Shown here: positions 36,907-46,377 of the stretch, piece after piece
How the letters are laid out: every line of letters begins with the position of its first letter
Numbering within the stretch: the stretch's first letter is position 1
From: a virus
Lineage: Duplodnaviria; Caudoviricetes
Strand: one strand, 5' to 3'
Length of the DNA stretch: 64,000 nt
IMG/VR virus record: IMGVR_UViG_3300010883_023988
Coordinates: 1,956 to 65,955 of that record
Translations under genes and position numbers: made by a program
Notes under the pieces: model-generated
Seen by the model: the letters and a program-made list of their open reading frames with translations, nothing else
The model's database searches: none
What the model was told of the DNA's origin: nothing

Positions 36907-39336
36907 TTATTGACAGCTTTCGCAAGACGGGTCCGTTACGTTACAAGCCTTAATCTCTGAGTCCTCCGTAGGCAGGACTGTTGATTTTTCAATTTTGCTT
37001 GCAGATTTATTTCTTAGATAATAAGTAGCTTTGAGGCCTTTGTTCTTAGCATAAAAATATAAGTCATTTAAATACTTTAATGATGTGGAGTTATTATACA
37101 GATTTAGTGACTGCCCCATGTCGATCCACTTTTGACGCGCTGCTGCACAATCCACCAACTTAAATTGGTCTTGGTTGAACGCCGTTCTGAATCTATTTTT
37201 AATTTCTTGGGGAAGTTCCATTTCGCTTATGTCGCCGTCTAGCACTTTTAGCATCTCAACGAAGTTATTGTTCCACAAGCCCAATTCCTTACACTCTTCG
37301 ATAAACCACTCGTTAACAATTGTTAAATTACCTGACTTATTTTCGTAAACAAAGATGGTCGAAAAGTCTGGATCAATGGAGGGTGAGCAACCTTGGATAT
37401 AGGAAATTGTAGCGGTAGGGGCGATAGCCATCGTATTACTGTTTCTTACGCCGTGGTCTCGGACTTGGTCTCGGAGAAATTTCCAATTATTTTCTGGGCA
37501 GAATTTTTTTCCACGGTGAACAATGGGTTTTCCGCCAAGGTAATCTATTAAATTTTTATACGTGTCTATCGGAAAAATTCCTTGGCTCCACGAAGACCCC
37601 TCGTAGGTTGAATATTTTCCGCGCTCTTCAGAAAGTCTTGAAGAGTATAAAATGCAATGGTAAGATATAAATTCATACAATTCATCAGAGAACTTCACGG
37701 CGTCATCGCTTGAGTAGTCAATTTTATACGAATGGAAAACGTCGGCCCATCCCATGCTACCCGCTCCAACTGGCCGGTGACTCATATTAGCCTTGAGGGC
37801 CTCTTTCGTGGGGTAATAATTTAAGTCAATCACATTGTCTAGCATTCTCATTTGAATAGCTATCGTAGCAGAAAGTAGATCGAAGTCTAAGGTCCCGTCT
37901 TCCTTTAGGTGCTCTTTTAAATTTACCGAGCTTAGGTTACATACGGCGGTTTCGCCGACCTCAATCTTTTCGCCGTCATCAAAAAGAGAGGGCTTAGTGT
38001 GAAGGAAGATTTCGGTACAAAGATTAGAGCTATGAATTACGCCTTCGTGCTTGTTAGAATAACGAAGGTTGGAATTATCCTTAAATGTCATCCAAGGGTG
38101 ACCCGTTTCAAACAGGGATCGTAACATTTTCTTCCACAGGTCTTTAGCTCTTACTACCTTAAAGTTTTCTATTTCGCCATCGTCAGCAAGTTTGCAATAC
38201 TTTTTGTACTTTTTATCGAACGCCTCGCCGTACGACTCGTGCAAGTCTCGCACGTCAGAGGGGGAAAATAGATACCAGTCTTTATCGTCCTGAACTCTTT
38301 GCATGAAGAGATTGGGAATCCAGTTCGCTGTATTCATGTCGTGACAGCGTCGCCGTTCGTCTCCGGTATTTTTTTTCAGATTAAGAAAGTCGTCGATATC
38401 TAAGTGCCAAGGCTCAAGATAAGCGCATCCTGCACCTGGTCGTTTTCCTCCTTGGTCCACCGCTATCAAGGTATCATTGTAGATTTTAAGCCACGGAATT
38501 AAGCCAGAAGATTTACCGTTAGTCCCTTTTACATACGAATTAGAAGCTCTAAAGTTGGTGACGTCGAACCCTAACCCTCCTGCGTATTTTGACTTTCTAG
38601 CTTCTTGCCACAATCCCTCAAAAATTCCGTCAATAGAGTCGTCAAAAGTATTAAGGTAACAACTGGAAAGTTGGCTATGAGTGCTACCACTATTAAAAAG
38701 GGTGGGAGTAGAGCAACACAGACGAAACTCAGAGATCGTATTATAAAACTCGATAGCTTTTTCATTTTTGTCTTCTTCGTCTAGGGCTAGCCCCATGGCT
38801 ACGCGCATCCAAAAGGCTTGTGGAGTCTCCAGTCTTTGATTGTCGATATGGTGAAGGTATCTATCGTGAACAATCTGTAGTCCAAGGTATTTAAACTTTA
38901 GGTCTCTGTCTGGAATTATGGATTCGGAGAGTCTCTTCAAGTCAAATTCCAAAAGTCTTTCGTCGAGAATGTCTTCTTTAACAAGCTTCCTAACATTCCG
39001 AATAAAAGTTAGTTTATATTGGTGTCCAAAGGCATCCTTGTCCCTACTCTCTCCGAAAACTTCTTTGTAGATCGTACCAAGAAGTAGTCTTGACGCAGCG
39101 TACGCGTAGTTAGGTTCTTTTTCTATCTTTTGTCGAGCAGACAAAATTAAAGCTTTATCAATGTCTTCGGTCGAAATCTTATTGTAAATTTGTACGTGGG
39201 CATCAAGGATTATTTCGCTTGCCGAAACATTGTTTAGCCCTTCACATGCCCTTTCCGTGCATAAATTGATCTTATTAGTGTCCAGAACCTCTAATCGTCC
39301 GTTCCTTTTTTTAACGTAAAGTTTTTCAGTACTCAT
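36907..39336 (-). CDS. nrdA: Ribonucleotide reductase large subunit with ATP cone
   Basis: VKKRNG ATP cone, STPTLFNSG, QLSSC, SNLCTEI, VCNL, IAPTATIS, TYYLR, C-terminal CESCQ. No intein seen. Confidence 0.95.
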   Translation of the reverse strand: MSTEKLYVKKRNGRLEVLDTNKINLCTERACEGLNNVSASEIILDAHVQIYNKISTEDIDKALILSARQKIEKEPNYAYAASRLLLGTIYKEVFGESRDKDAFGHQYKLTFIRNVRKLVKEDILDERLLEFDLKRLSESIIPDRDLKFKYLGLQIVHDRYLHHIDNQRLETPQAFWMRVAMGLALDEEDKNEKAIEFYNTISEFRLCCSTPTLFNSGSTHSQLSSCYLNTFDDSIDGIFEGLWQEARKSKYAGGLGFDVTNFRASNSYVKGTNGKSSGLIPWLKIYNDTLIAVDQGGKRPGAGCAYLEPWHLDIDDFLNLKKNTGDERRRCHDMNTANWIPNLFMQRVQDDKDWYLFSPSDVRDLHESYGEAFDKKYKKYCKLADDGEIENFKVVRAKDLWKKMLRSLFETGHPWMTFKDNSNLRYSNKHEGVIHSSNLCTEIFLHTKPSLFDDGEKIEVGETAVCNLSSVNLKEHLKEDGTLDFDLLSATIAIQMRMLDNVIDLNYYPTKEALKANMSHRPVGAGSMGWADVFHSYKIDYSSDDAVKFSDELYEFISYHCILYSSRLSEERGKYSTYEGSSWSQGIFPIDTYKNLIDYLGGKPIVHRGKKFCPENNWKFLRDQVRDHGVRNSNTMAIAPTATISYIQGCSPSIDPDFSTIFVYENKSGNLTIVNEWFIEECKELGLWNNNFVEMLKVLDGDISEMELPQEIKNRFRTAFNQDQFKLVDCAAARQKWIDMGQSLNLYNNSTSLKYLNDLYFYAKNKGLKATYYLRNKSASKIEKSTVLPTEDSEIKACNVTDPSCESCQ

Positions 39337-39409
39337 CTTGAAGTCTTATTATACTACATTTTTTCTTAATCAAAGGAAACGAAAAAATGACCTTGAGGGA
39401 ATGTTTTTT

Positions 39410-40042
39410 CTAGAAGAGCTTGGGAACGTCGGAAAACGACGGGTTCTCTTCTGTGTACTTGTTCAGGAAAAAGGTATGTTTGCCGTGAAAGCCGAAAACA
39501 TCCTCCGGTAAAAAGAATAACCCTTCTCTCGAAAAATTCGCAGCGACATTAGTAGGTGCGAATCTGTGACCTGTTGACTCTAGGTCTTTGCGGAAAGTCG
39601 AACATATTAAACCATCCTCTGGAGAAAAGTCGAACTGTGGATCACTGGAGGTCGGATGATTAGCCACGAACTTGAGGAGCCTCTTACTTCTAATGGAGAA
39701 TCCTCCGTTTCCTACGCCACCATCTGCCCACGGTGCTCCAATGTAATCATAGTCTAAGAACTCGTTTCTCCACGCGTTTACATTTATGAAGAACCCGTCT
39801 CGCTGTACGATCATACAAAAATCCGTATCTATGTACTCGTACAGGCTAGTAATTAGAAACTTGTCGTGATCATGGATACTTTTTATGGGCTGAATGTTAA
39901 CTGCTAGGGGCGATGAGAATGATGAGCAAAAAAGCTTAACCGACTCAAAGCTAATTAATTTATTTAAATAAATCAAAAGCTCGTTAGCTCGTTTGGGAAA
40001 AAGATCGTCTATGCAAACGAGGGTAATATTGTTGAGACGCAT
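39410..40042 (-). CDS. GT-A-like protein (DUF5672-type)
   Basis: TDFCMIVQRDGF.IN..AW..EFLDYDYIGAPW...VGNGGFSIRS...PEDG..FGFHG. Confidence 0.7.
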   Translation of the reverse strand: MRLNNITLVCIDDLFPKRANELLIYLNKLISFESVKLFCSSFSSPLAVNIQPIKSIHDHDKFLITSLYEYIDTDFCMIVQRDGFFINVNAWRNEFLDYDYIGAPWADGGVGNGGFSIRSKRLLKFVANHPTSSDPQFDFSPEDGLICSTFRKDLESTGHRFAPTNVAANFSREGLFFLPEDVFGFHGKHTFFLNKYTEENPSFSDVPKLF

Positions 40043-40048
40043 TCCGTT

Positions 40049-40387
40049 TTACTTTTTGTATTTCATATTGCCTCTTTTTGAGCTCCAGTCTTTTTCGTGA
40101 TTTTTCTTTACAGGGTCGGTTCCCCCGCACTGTTTCGCCCTTTCTTGACTCAGTTCTTTTGACTGGTCCCAGAGGTCCCCTATGGTTCCATTTTTCTCTC
40201 CGGTTTTGCGAGTAAAGTCCGAGGCGGACCATGGGTCTATTTTTGTATCTATTGAAGCATTGGGAGAATCCCATATCCTTTCCCATTCGATACCGTCTTC
40301 GTCAGTGTATACGTGAGGCTCCTTCATGGACTGAACTACTTCAATAACCATGGGGCGCTCTGGGTGTGCGAATTGATAGATAGGCAT
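40049..40387 (-). CDS. FmdB-like small protein (degenerate zinc ribbon)
   Basis: MPIYQF start typical of FmdB-like ORFs, but the Cys pairs are absent. Confidence 0.45.
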   Translation of the reverse strand: MPIYQFAHPERPMVIEVVQSMKEPHVYTDEDGIEWERIWDSPNASIDTKIDPWSASDFTRKTGEKNGTIGDLWDQSKELSQERAKQCGGTDPVKKNHEKDWSSKRGNMKYKK

Positions 40388-40407
40388 TAGCTGTATCCGG
40401 TTACTAT

Positions 40408-41493
40408 TCAGGAAATTATATCAAGTATAGATTCTACGGTATTAGAGATTTTAAAGTCTTCTTTTATTCGACGCCCAGCCTTGTTAATTTTATTTTCTTC
40501 GACTCTTTCTATGGCGGTCTCGCAAGCGTTTATAAACGCGTCCTCTTCCCAGTCGAAGATTTGTCCTTGATTAAAGTCTGATCCTTTTTCGAAAAACATA
40601 TTGTCGTAGACGTCCATTTTGCCGGAAGGCTCTACTAGTACGGAATTTTCGGGAGTAGCCCACTCTTTGTAGCTGTGAGCGTTAAGTATTACTGAATGTT
40701 TGCCGATACCAACAGAATGAAACTCGGGTAATCCCCAGCCCTCGCCACCAGACATACCTATGATGATGTCGCCAGAATTTAGGAACTCGTTGTAGGATTT
40801 GTTTTTTTGCATAAACGGTAGGAATTGGACGTTAAAACAATTTTTATCAAGTAAGCATTCCGAGAATTGATGCTTGTTTTGGTCCTCGCTGAGGAAGGGG
40901 TTAAACAGAGCACACTGGAGTTGGAATTTCTTATCGTCACCAAACCGCTTTATCCAAGACTTGATGATCTTTTTGTGGTGTTTCCTGTTCTCGAACTTTC
41001 CGCATAGGTTGAAAGTGATTCTGTCGTCGGAAAAAAAGTTTTTATTAGCTGAAAAAAAGTTATACTCGTCAAACGCGAGAGAAATCTTAGTTGTCTCAAT
41101 ATCGTGAGAGGCGAAGACTTCTTTAGAGAAGTCGCTTGTGACAATGACTCTATCTAGGGAGGAGCATATATTTTTCTCAACAGGGGTTAGATTATCCAAC
41201 TCGTGAAAAGTTAAAAGATTAGCAGCTCTGCTACAGCTTTCCATAGCGCCATTAATGTGCCACAGCTTCAGTGACGGCGTAGACCTTTTGTGCGAAGAAA
41301 GGTAAGACGAGATGCTTGTTCCAAGAGAGGCTTTGAACTTCTCGTCATCGGGTTGGGATGACAAGTCTGCGTTTCCGCCGATGGGGAGCACGGATGGATA
41401 AATTTCTTTTAGAAAAAAGCCCCTTAACAGGTGAGTGGCGACTTGGCCAAATGATACGCTGTTAAGGGGTGCGTTGAAGCAGAACTTAGTCAC
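40408..41493 (-). CDS. GT-B (GT4-like) glycosyltransferase
   Basis: FNLCGKFENRKH, GMSGGEGWGLPEFHS (E-x7 variant), VILNAH. Confidence 0.7.
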   Translation of the reverse strand: MTKFCFNAPLNSVSFGQVATHLLRGFFLKEIYPSVLPIGGNADLSSQPDDEKFKASLGTSISSYLSSHKRSTPSLKLWHINGAMESCSRAANLLTFHELDNLTPVEKNICSSLDRVIVTSDFSKEVFASHDIETTKISLAFDEYNFFSANKNFFSDDRITFNLCGKFENRKHHKKIIKSWIKRFGDDKKFQLQCALFNPFLSEDQNKHQFSECLLDKNCFNVQFLPFMQKNKSYNEFLNSGDIIIGMSGGEGWGLPEFHSVGIGKHSVILNAHSYKEWATPENSVLVEPSGKMDVYDNMFFEKGSDFNQGQIFDWEEDAFINACETAIERVEENKINKAGRRIKEDFKISNTVESILDIIS

Positions 41494-41816
41494 AGAATCT
41501 CTTCATCAGTTGTTGAACTTTCAGCAACGACTTGAGGCGCTGGTGAGCTGTCGCTAGCTTGCGACTCAGTGCTAGGTGAATCATCTGGACGATACTCCTT
41601 GGAGCGATAAAGCTTAAAATCGGGAGCTCTTTCGCTGGGTTTATCACGATTAGAAAACAGGACGACTTTTTGCTTTGTCTCCGCGCCGAATTCATCTTTC
41701 AGCACGATGTGGCCAGCCAAGTAAGTGCCTTCGCCGTTTTTGTATTCTCGTTTCCAGAATGCGCCCATTTCTCTCTGACGCCATTCGCTTTGTTTTTTTT
41801 CTTTTTCTTCACTCAT
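41490..41816 (-). CDS. Small putative nucleic-acid-binding protein (DUF736-like)
   Basis: GAFWK...YLAG.I...VVLFSNRDK.SERAPDFKLY with an acidic tail. Confidence 0.5.
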   Translation of the reverse strand: MSEEKEKKQSEWRQREMGAFWKREYKNGEGTYLAGHIVLKDEFGAETKQKVVLFSNRDKPSERAPDFKLYRSKEYRPDDSPSTESQASDSSPAPQVVAESSTTDEEIL

Positions 41817-41828
41817 AAATAATTTTTC

Positions 41829-42509
41829 CTACTTCGGCCAAACGTAAGTTTTCTTAGATTTTCTTCCCGCCACCTTATTCGCTTGAGCCCTATACTGCAA
41901 CCATTCTGAGAACTTGTCAATAGCTTTTGACAACTTTTTTTCTTTTTCTCTGTCATCTTTAACGTATGACAGGTTCTCCCATTCAATTTCGTAGTCGGAT
42001 AGAGAGGTCACCTTCGGGTCGTTCTCTTGCTCGCTTGAGTTGGCGGGTTGGTAAAACTCCATTAGCCCGCTATTGTCATCAACTGAAAATTTAGATATGT
42101 GAACTAAGTAGCCGTTAAGGGAGTCCCTCACCCATTGAACTTCATCGTATTCATATTCAGCGAAACGTACATCAGTAATGAGAATGGTTTTATATTTCTT
42201 TTTAGCCTCAGTAATATCTTGCGTTAACTTTTCGAAAAAATATGATCCGCGAGACCGACTTCTTCTTATCTCGCCGTGAGCTACGAGAATTTTTCGGACA
42301 GAATCTTTTTCTTCCCAAGAGCAGTTGTTGATGTTTATGTCATATTCATTGTATATAAAATCGAAGCACTCTTCTTTTAACTTTTCTGCTATTGAAAATG
42401 ATTTTAGTGGCCAAAGATCGGTGTTCTCCGTGGTCATGCATAGCTCGCAAAATAAGTCTTTTCCTGATCCAGCTACTCCTGACAGACCAATTACATTACC
42501 GTTTTTCAT
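41829..42509 (-). CDS. Deoxynucleoside monophosphate kinase-like protein
   Basis: VIGLSGVAGSGKD P-loop, SIAEKLK, ILITDVRF..E. Confidence 0.75.
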   Translation of the reverse strand: MKNGNVIGLSGVAGSGKDLFCELCMTTENTDLWPLKSFSIAEKLKEECFDFIYNEYDININNCSWEEKDSVRKILVAHGEIRRSRSRGSYFFEKLTQDITEAKKKYKTILITDVRFAEYEYDEVQWVRDSLNGYLVHISKFSVDDNSGLMEFYQPANSSEQENDPKVTSLSDYEIEWENLSYVKDDREKEKKLSKAIDKFSEWLQYRAQANKVAGRKSKKTYVWPK

Positions 42510-42514
42510 TTTAA

Positions 42515-43333
42515 TTAATCTATCAAGCCGTTTAGTTCCGCTGTATCTCCCTTGTATGTGTATTTTCCGATATGATCAAGCTTAATATCTGGGTCAATCC
42601 AAATTTTTCCTCCAATCTTTTTCCATCTCTTGCAAAAAGCGTAATCTTCAGACAAGTAAGCGTTGTCGTTGTCTGAATCATGCATGGTGTCGAAGAGACT
42701 ATAAAGGTTTTCACGAAGCCCGTCTTTCATGTCGGGCGAAAGCTTCTTGATGAGCCCCCTATCGTAATCGGATGTATATTTTAGCTCTGGATACCCAGCC
42801 TTCATCGCCTCAATAACTCCTCGCTTAATCATCATAAAGCCGGTTCCGGCATCGGCTACCGTGAAAACTTTCTGAGCTTCGGCCAAGTCGTTAACCAAAC
42901 AGGGGTCATCCGCGTTAATTACGTACCTATTCTTCCGATTAAAATCTTCTTGATCAGGGGATGTTTTCAAAGGGTAAGCTCCACACACAACGCCCTTATT
43001 TGCTGCGATTAATTTAATTAGAGACTCCGAGGGGAAAACGATATCTGCGTCAATAAAGATCATATGAGAGCATGATCCAGCCATAAAATAGGAGACTAAA
43101 TGATTTCGAGCGCGAGTTATTAGACTCTCGTTCGATATGAGCTGGACCGTATACTTAACTCCGAACTTTTCCAAGGTCTTTATGGCGGAGATTAATCCAA
43201 GCGTGTATTCGGAGTGAACCATTCCTCCGTAACATGGAGTAGCTATCATGACTGAAGTGTCTGGCAACTTTTCCTTCAAGTAAGGGGAGCTTACGTCTAG
43301 TTCTTCTGGGGTAAGAGCGGTCAATTCGTTCAT
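42515..43333 (-). CDS. GT-A-like protein
   Basis: MIATPCYGG, ESLITRARN, HMIFIDADI (DxD), GTGFMMIKR, YLSEDYAFC. Confidence 0.7.
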   Translation of the reverse strand: MNELTALTPEELDVSSPYLKEKLPDTSVMIATPCYGGMVHSEYTLGLISAIKTLEKFGVKYTVQLISNESLITRARNHLVSYFMAGSCSHMIFIDADIVFPSESLIKLIAANKGVVCGAYPLKTSPDQEDFNRKNRYVINADDPCLVNDLAEAQKVFTVADAGTGFMMIKRGVIEAMKAGYPELKYTSDYDRGLIKKLSPDMKDGLRENLYSLFDTMHDSDNDNAYLSEDYAFCKRWKKIGGKIWIDPDIKLDHIGKYTYKGDTAELNGLID

Positions 43334-43341
43334 TAAGTGGT

Positions 43342-43370
43342 AGAATAAGTGCTCTCCACCACCAAGTCAA
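43342..43370 (-). promoter_or_regulatory. sigma70-like promoter
   Basis: TTGACT-17-TATTCT, 8 nt before the ATG at 43333. Confidence 0.7.
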
Positions 43371-43407
43371 TAAGTAAACTTACTCGTGTGGTAATTTTTC
43401 TTTAAGG

Positions 43408-43450
43408 AAAACACAACACCCCCCCCCGCTGAGGGGGGAAAATGTTGTGT
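43408..43450 (-). terminator. Strong hairpin, probable intrinsic terminator on the - strand
   Basis: ACACAACA/TGTTGTGT arms around a C6/G9 inner stem, followed by a short U run. Confidence 0.5.
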
Positions 43451-43781
43451 AGCGTGTGCTGCTTTTTCTTTTAAGCCCAGTGTTTTTAAGATGGATGGGA
43501 CATTCCACACACGCTGCAAATCAGCCTAGACTGAGTTCGACTACCTTAATTGGCGAGAGAGACCGTACCACGAAAAACTCTACTTACGTCGAACCACCCA
43601 GCGAAGTCGCTAACGATGGGGCAAACCTTGGTATTTAGCCAAGTGTCTTTTGATTATATGCAGTTTATAATCAGCTATCCCTTGATTTGCGAGTAAGCTA
43701 GCTCGCACCCTACTTTTCTTCGGTCATCTCAGGAAAACTCCACTGATTTCTCTCAGCGAGATTAAAAGGATCAAACCCTTT
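43411..43781 (-). ncRNA. Candidate structured non-coding RNA of unknown class
   Basis: Largest gap in the window without a credible gene or recognisable RNA gene; multiple inverted repeats (see findings). Strand is inferred from the terminator and flanking genes. Confidence 0.35.
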
Positions 43782-44201
43782 TTAGACTTCAAGCCCTTCT
43801 TCGGTATCTTCTGGAAGCAATGCTCCAACTATTCCCGCAAGGTTTCTTAAGTCTTCTACTCTAAGTTCCATAGGGTCAGCGTTTTTTGCAAACCCGTCAA
43901 GCCTATAAGACAAGTCGTTCAAAGTCTCAGCTACGAGAGTAGCTGTGGGGAGGTCAATCTCTAGCGTTTGATCGAACGATTCTATTGGCTTGTTAAGCGT
44001 GTAAAAGGATTTTCCGCCTATAGAGCTCTTCGCTAATACCCCGTGCTCCTTTAGCCCATCTAAAGCAGACAGAACACAGGCCCTGTCCGCCTCTGGCTCT
44101 TCCGTTAAGCTGACAATTTTTATAAAATCTTTCTCAATGACAAAAAAGTCCTTTTCTCTATACCACCCAATTAAAAGAGACGTAGCTTGAACAACGGTCA
44201 T
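43782..44201 (-). CDS. Hypothetical protein
   Basis: Start refined to MTVVQ, 6 nt downstream of TTGATT-17-TACCTT (44236-44208). Confidence 0.65.
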   Translation of the reverse strand: MTVVQATSLLIGWYREKDFFVIEKDFIKIVSLTEEPEADRACVLSALDGLKEHGVLAKSSIGGKSFYTLNKPIESFDQTLEIDLPTATLVAETLNDLSYRLDGFAKNADPMELRVEDLRNLAGIVGALLPEDTEEGLEV

Positions 44202-44290
44202 TATCTTAAGGTAGGATGAGTTTGAAAAAAAATCAATTTTTAAAAAAAAAGTTTGACTTTTTCTCACAAAGAACACAAGTTAGCATAACT

Positions 44291-44542
44291 ATGAACAACG
44301 AACTAAAAACAGAAACTCCAATCAAACGTGGCCGAAAACCGATTAGCGTAGATTGGCCCAGTGGAGACTTTACCGCAAAAGACTTCTTGACCCTGAACAA
44401 TAACAAGATGTCTCGTGCAAGTGCACATAGCAAGATTAATCAGGCGGTGGATTACGAACGAGTGACGCTCGTAAGAAAGGTGAATCCCGATATTGGAAGA
44501 CCAATCAATGTATATCGCGTCTCCGAATCTAAGTTACAATAA
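44291..44542 (+). CDS. Small DNA-binding protein (KRGRKP hook plus winged-helix-like part)
   Basis: Start refined to MNNEL; KRGRKP motif, then helices and a C-terminal GRP..VY wing. Confidence 0.5.
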   Translation: MNNELKTETPIKRGRKPISVDWPSGDFTAKDFLTLNNNKMSRASAHSKINQAVDYERVTLVRKVNPDIGRPINVYRVSESKLQ

Positions 44543-44555
44543 TATGTAATGCGTC

Positions 44556-44960
44556 GTGAGGATTTCTTGGGAAGAGTACGCTCTTGACGTTGCTACGACC
44601 GCGTCTAAGAGAAGTCAAGACCCCTACGTAAAAGTAGGGGCTTGCGCTATTGACTCAAGCAACATGATTCTCGCCGTTGGATACAATGGGCTAGCAGCAG
44701 GGAAAGATGTTCCTAATCTTTTTTGGTCGGATAGGGAGTCTCGAAGACCGTATATGATCCATGCGGAGACTAATTGTTTATCGATGTGCAAGAAGTCGGA
44801 GGTTAGTCTAATTGCCGTTACTCTTTTGCCTTGCTCTTCTTGCGCCACGCTAATAGCTTCCTACGGGATTAAAAAAGTGGTTTATAGGAAAGAATACGAT
44901 AAAGACCTCCTAGCGAAAGAAATTTTTAAGTTTTATAATATAGAGTTGGTAAAAATATGA
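44556..44960 (+). CDS. dCMP deaminase
   Basis: S.DP.VKVGA, GYNG, IHAETN, LLPCSSCA zinc motif. Confidence 0.9.
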   Translation: MRISWEEYALDVATTASKRSQDPYVKVGACAIDSSNMILAVGYNGLAAGKDVPNLFWSDRESRRPYMIHAETNCLSMCKKSEVSLIAVTLLPCSSCATLIASYGIKKVVYRKEYDKDLLAKEIFKFYNIELVKI

Positions 44961-45454
44961 TCATTCCCATACACCTTTGCGAAAAAAAAGCAAAGCTTCC
45001 CCAACGCGCTCACGAAGGGGACGCTGGATATGATCTATGTTGCCTTGAAGAGATAACGATAGAGCCTCTCAAAAGAAAACTAATCAAAACCGGCGTCAAG
45101 GTCGCGATTCCTATCAATCATTATGGCCGAATTGCCCCCAGAAGCGGTCTAGCTCTAAAGCATGGTATAGACGTTATGGCGGGAGTTGTAGATTCCAGCT
45201 ACAGGGGGGAAATAGGTATAGTGTTAGTCAATTTATCTGATGATGCGGTTGTCTTCGATGAAGGCGAAAAGGTGGCGCAATTAATCATAGAAGGATGCCA
45301 GCCAGTAGAGTGGCTACAAACAAAAGATTTAGACTCTACGAAAAGACAGGGATCGGGATACGGAAGCTCTGACGAAGAAAACCCGCCCTCCATCTCTAGC
45401 CCGAGAGAGGTTGACGTGTCTAATTGCTTAGGCTCGCCCCCTACCAAAAGATGA
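44957..45454 (+). CDS. dut: dUTPase (trimeric)
   Basis: AGYDL, PRSGLA, GVVDSSYRGEI, KVAQL, RQGSGYGSS motifs. Confidence 0.93.
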   Translation: MIIPIHLCEKKAKLPQRAHEGDAGYDLCCLEEITIEPLKRKLIKTGVKVAIPINHYGRIAPRSGLALKHGIDVMAGVVDSSYRGEIGIVLVNLSDDAVVFDEGEKVAQLIIEGCQPVEWLQTKDLDSTKRQGSGYGSSDEENPPSISSPREVDVSNCLGSPPTKR

Positions 45455-45804
45455 TTGATTTTTTTCAAAACGCTATTCTCGTAGTACTTATTTTAAATAT
45501 TTGGTTTAACACTAATGCGGTTGTCGAGTACTTCGTGCTTTTAGGGATAGGTAGCTGGATTGACGCGTTCGGTTATGAAAAATATTTGATGGAAAAAAGG
45601 CTAATATCTTTTCCAACCTACTTACTGATAACTCACCCGAAATCTTTTATAATAAAAATCCTCGCTTGCCCAATATGTACTTGCACTTGGGCTAATATTT
45701 GTTTATTTTTAATAGATTTAGATGTGACTAAATTTATTTATTGCTATGGAGCATCTTTATTTTTATTTTTTATATTACAATCTTTTATAGACAGGAACGA
45801 ATAA
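45451..45804 (+). CDS. Membrane protein with CPxC motif (DUF1360-like)
   Basis: ATGA overlap with dut; hydrophobic segments; LACPICTCTW. Confidence 0.55.
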   Translation: MIDFFQNAILVVLILNIWFNTNAVVEYFVLLGIGSWIDAFGYEKYLMEKRLISFPTYLLITHPKSFIIKILACPICTCTWANICLFLIDLDVTKFIYCYGASLFLFFILQSFIDRNE

Positions 45805-46130
45805 TGAATGTTTTTTTAATTAACGGCCCCGCCCACTACATTAGCTTAATCTCTCAACAGGTTTTGTACAAAGACCTAAAGAGCGACTCGATAAATAGCG
45901 AGTTAGTCAGCCTACAGTCTTCGCTAGCGTCTGCGTGTTGCCAAACGCGAGCCGAGATACTTGCTAGTCTTCACGAAGAGTTTGAGGCTCTGGTAGAGAA
46001 GATAACTACCGAGGAAACGGGGTACGCTGACAAACTACTAGAGTCGTGTAGCTGCCAAGAGTTAATTTTCTCTTGTGTAGATACCAGAAATAAAGTAAAA
46101 AAGGAAGTACATTATGAAAAACAAATCTGA
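45804..46130 (+). CDS. Hypothetical protein (CC and CSC motifs)
   Basis: TAATG overlap with the previous gene; start refined to MNVFL. Confidence 0.55.
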   Translation: MNVFLINGPAHYISLISQQVLYKDLKSDSINSELVSLQSSLASACCQTRAEILASLHEEFEALVEKITTEETGYADKLLESCSCQELIFSCVDTRNKVKKEVHYEKQI

Positions 46131-46377
46131 GGACCTCCGGTTAGGATACGAAAAATCAAACTCCATGGACGTAGTGCAAATCCATAAGGAAATGCTTGGA
46201 GAACCAGTTTGGGTTGTTCTTCCTCACCATAAGACCTACTCTCTTCCTTGGAAGGGGACCGTGACCAGAGTCCTCTCTGATTGTGCTTTTCAAGTTAAGC
46301 GGTTCGGGGGTAAAGGGGAAGAAGAAAAGGTGGACATGTACGATATTCGTTCTGTTGATAAGAAGAAGCGAGCGTAG
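46114..46377 (+). CDS. Hypothetical small beta-barrel-like protein
   Basis: 87-aa ORF overlapping the previous gene; its last 10 nt overlap tRNA-Gly. Confidence 0.5.
   Translation: MKNKSEDLRLGYEKSNSMDVVQIHKEMLGEPVWVVLPHHKTYSLPWKGTVTRVLSDCAFQVKRFGGKGEEEKVDMYDIRSVDKKKRA

Noticed and set aside
22971-39336. Inteins or introns in dnaE, dnaB, recA, nrdA or nrdB
   Set aside because: The ORFs are continuous and of ordinary length, with no C/S...HN splice motifs or LAGLIDADG blocks seen.
39348-39373. sigma70 promoter for nrdA (TTGATT ... TATAAT)
   Set aside because: The -10 is perfect but the spacer to TTGATT is only 14 nt, so it was not listed as a full promoter.
43456-43638. 60-aa + strand ORF inside the non-coding gap
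   Set aside because: Weak start, runs opposite to all neighbours, no motif, and crosses the hairpins.
43411-43781. Group I intron, RNase P RNA or hammerhead/pistol ribozyme identity for the non-coding gap
   Set aside because: The TCGACGTA/TAGTCGA pairing has its bulge in the wrong place for P7 and there is no interrupted gene. No GAGGAAAGUCC lies on the same strand as the GGCTTA-like segment, and there is no CUGANGA core.
44253-44286. TTGACT upstream of the 44291 gene
   Set aside because: The nearest -10-like TAGCAT is 22 nt away, outside the normal spacing.
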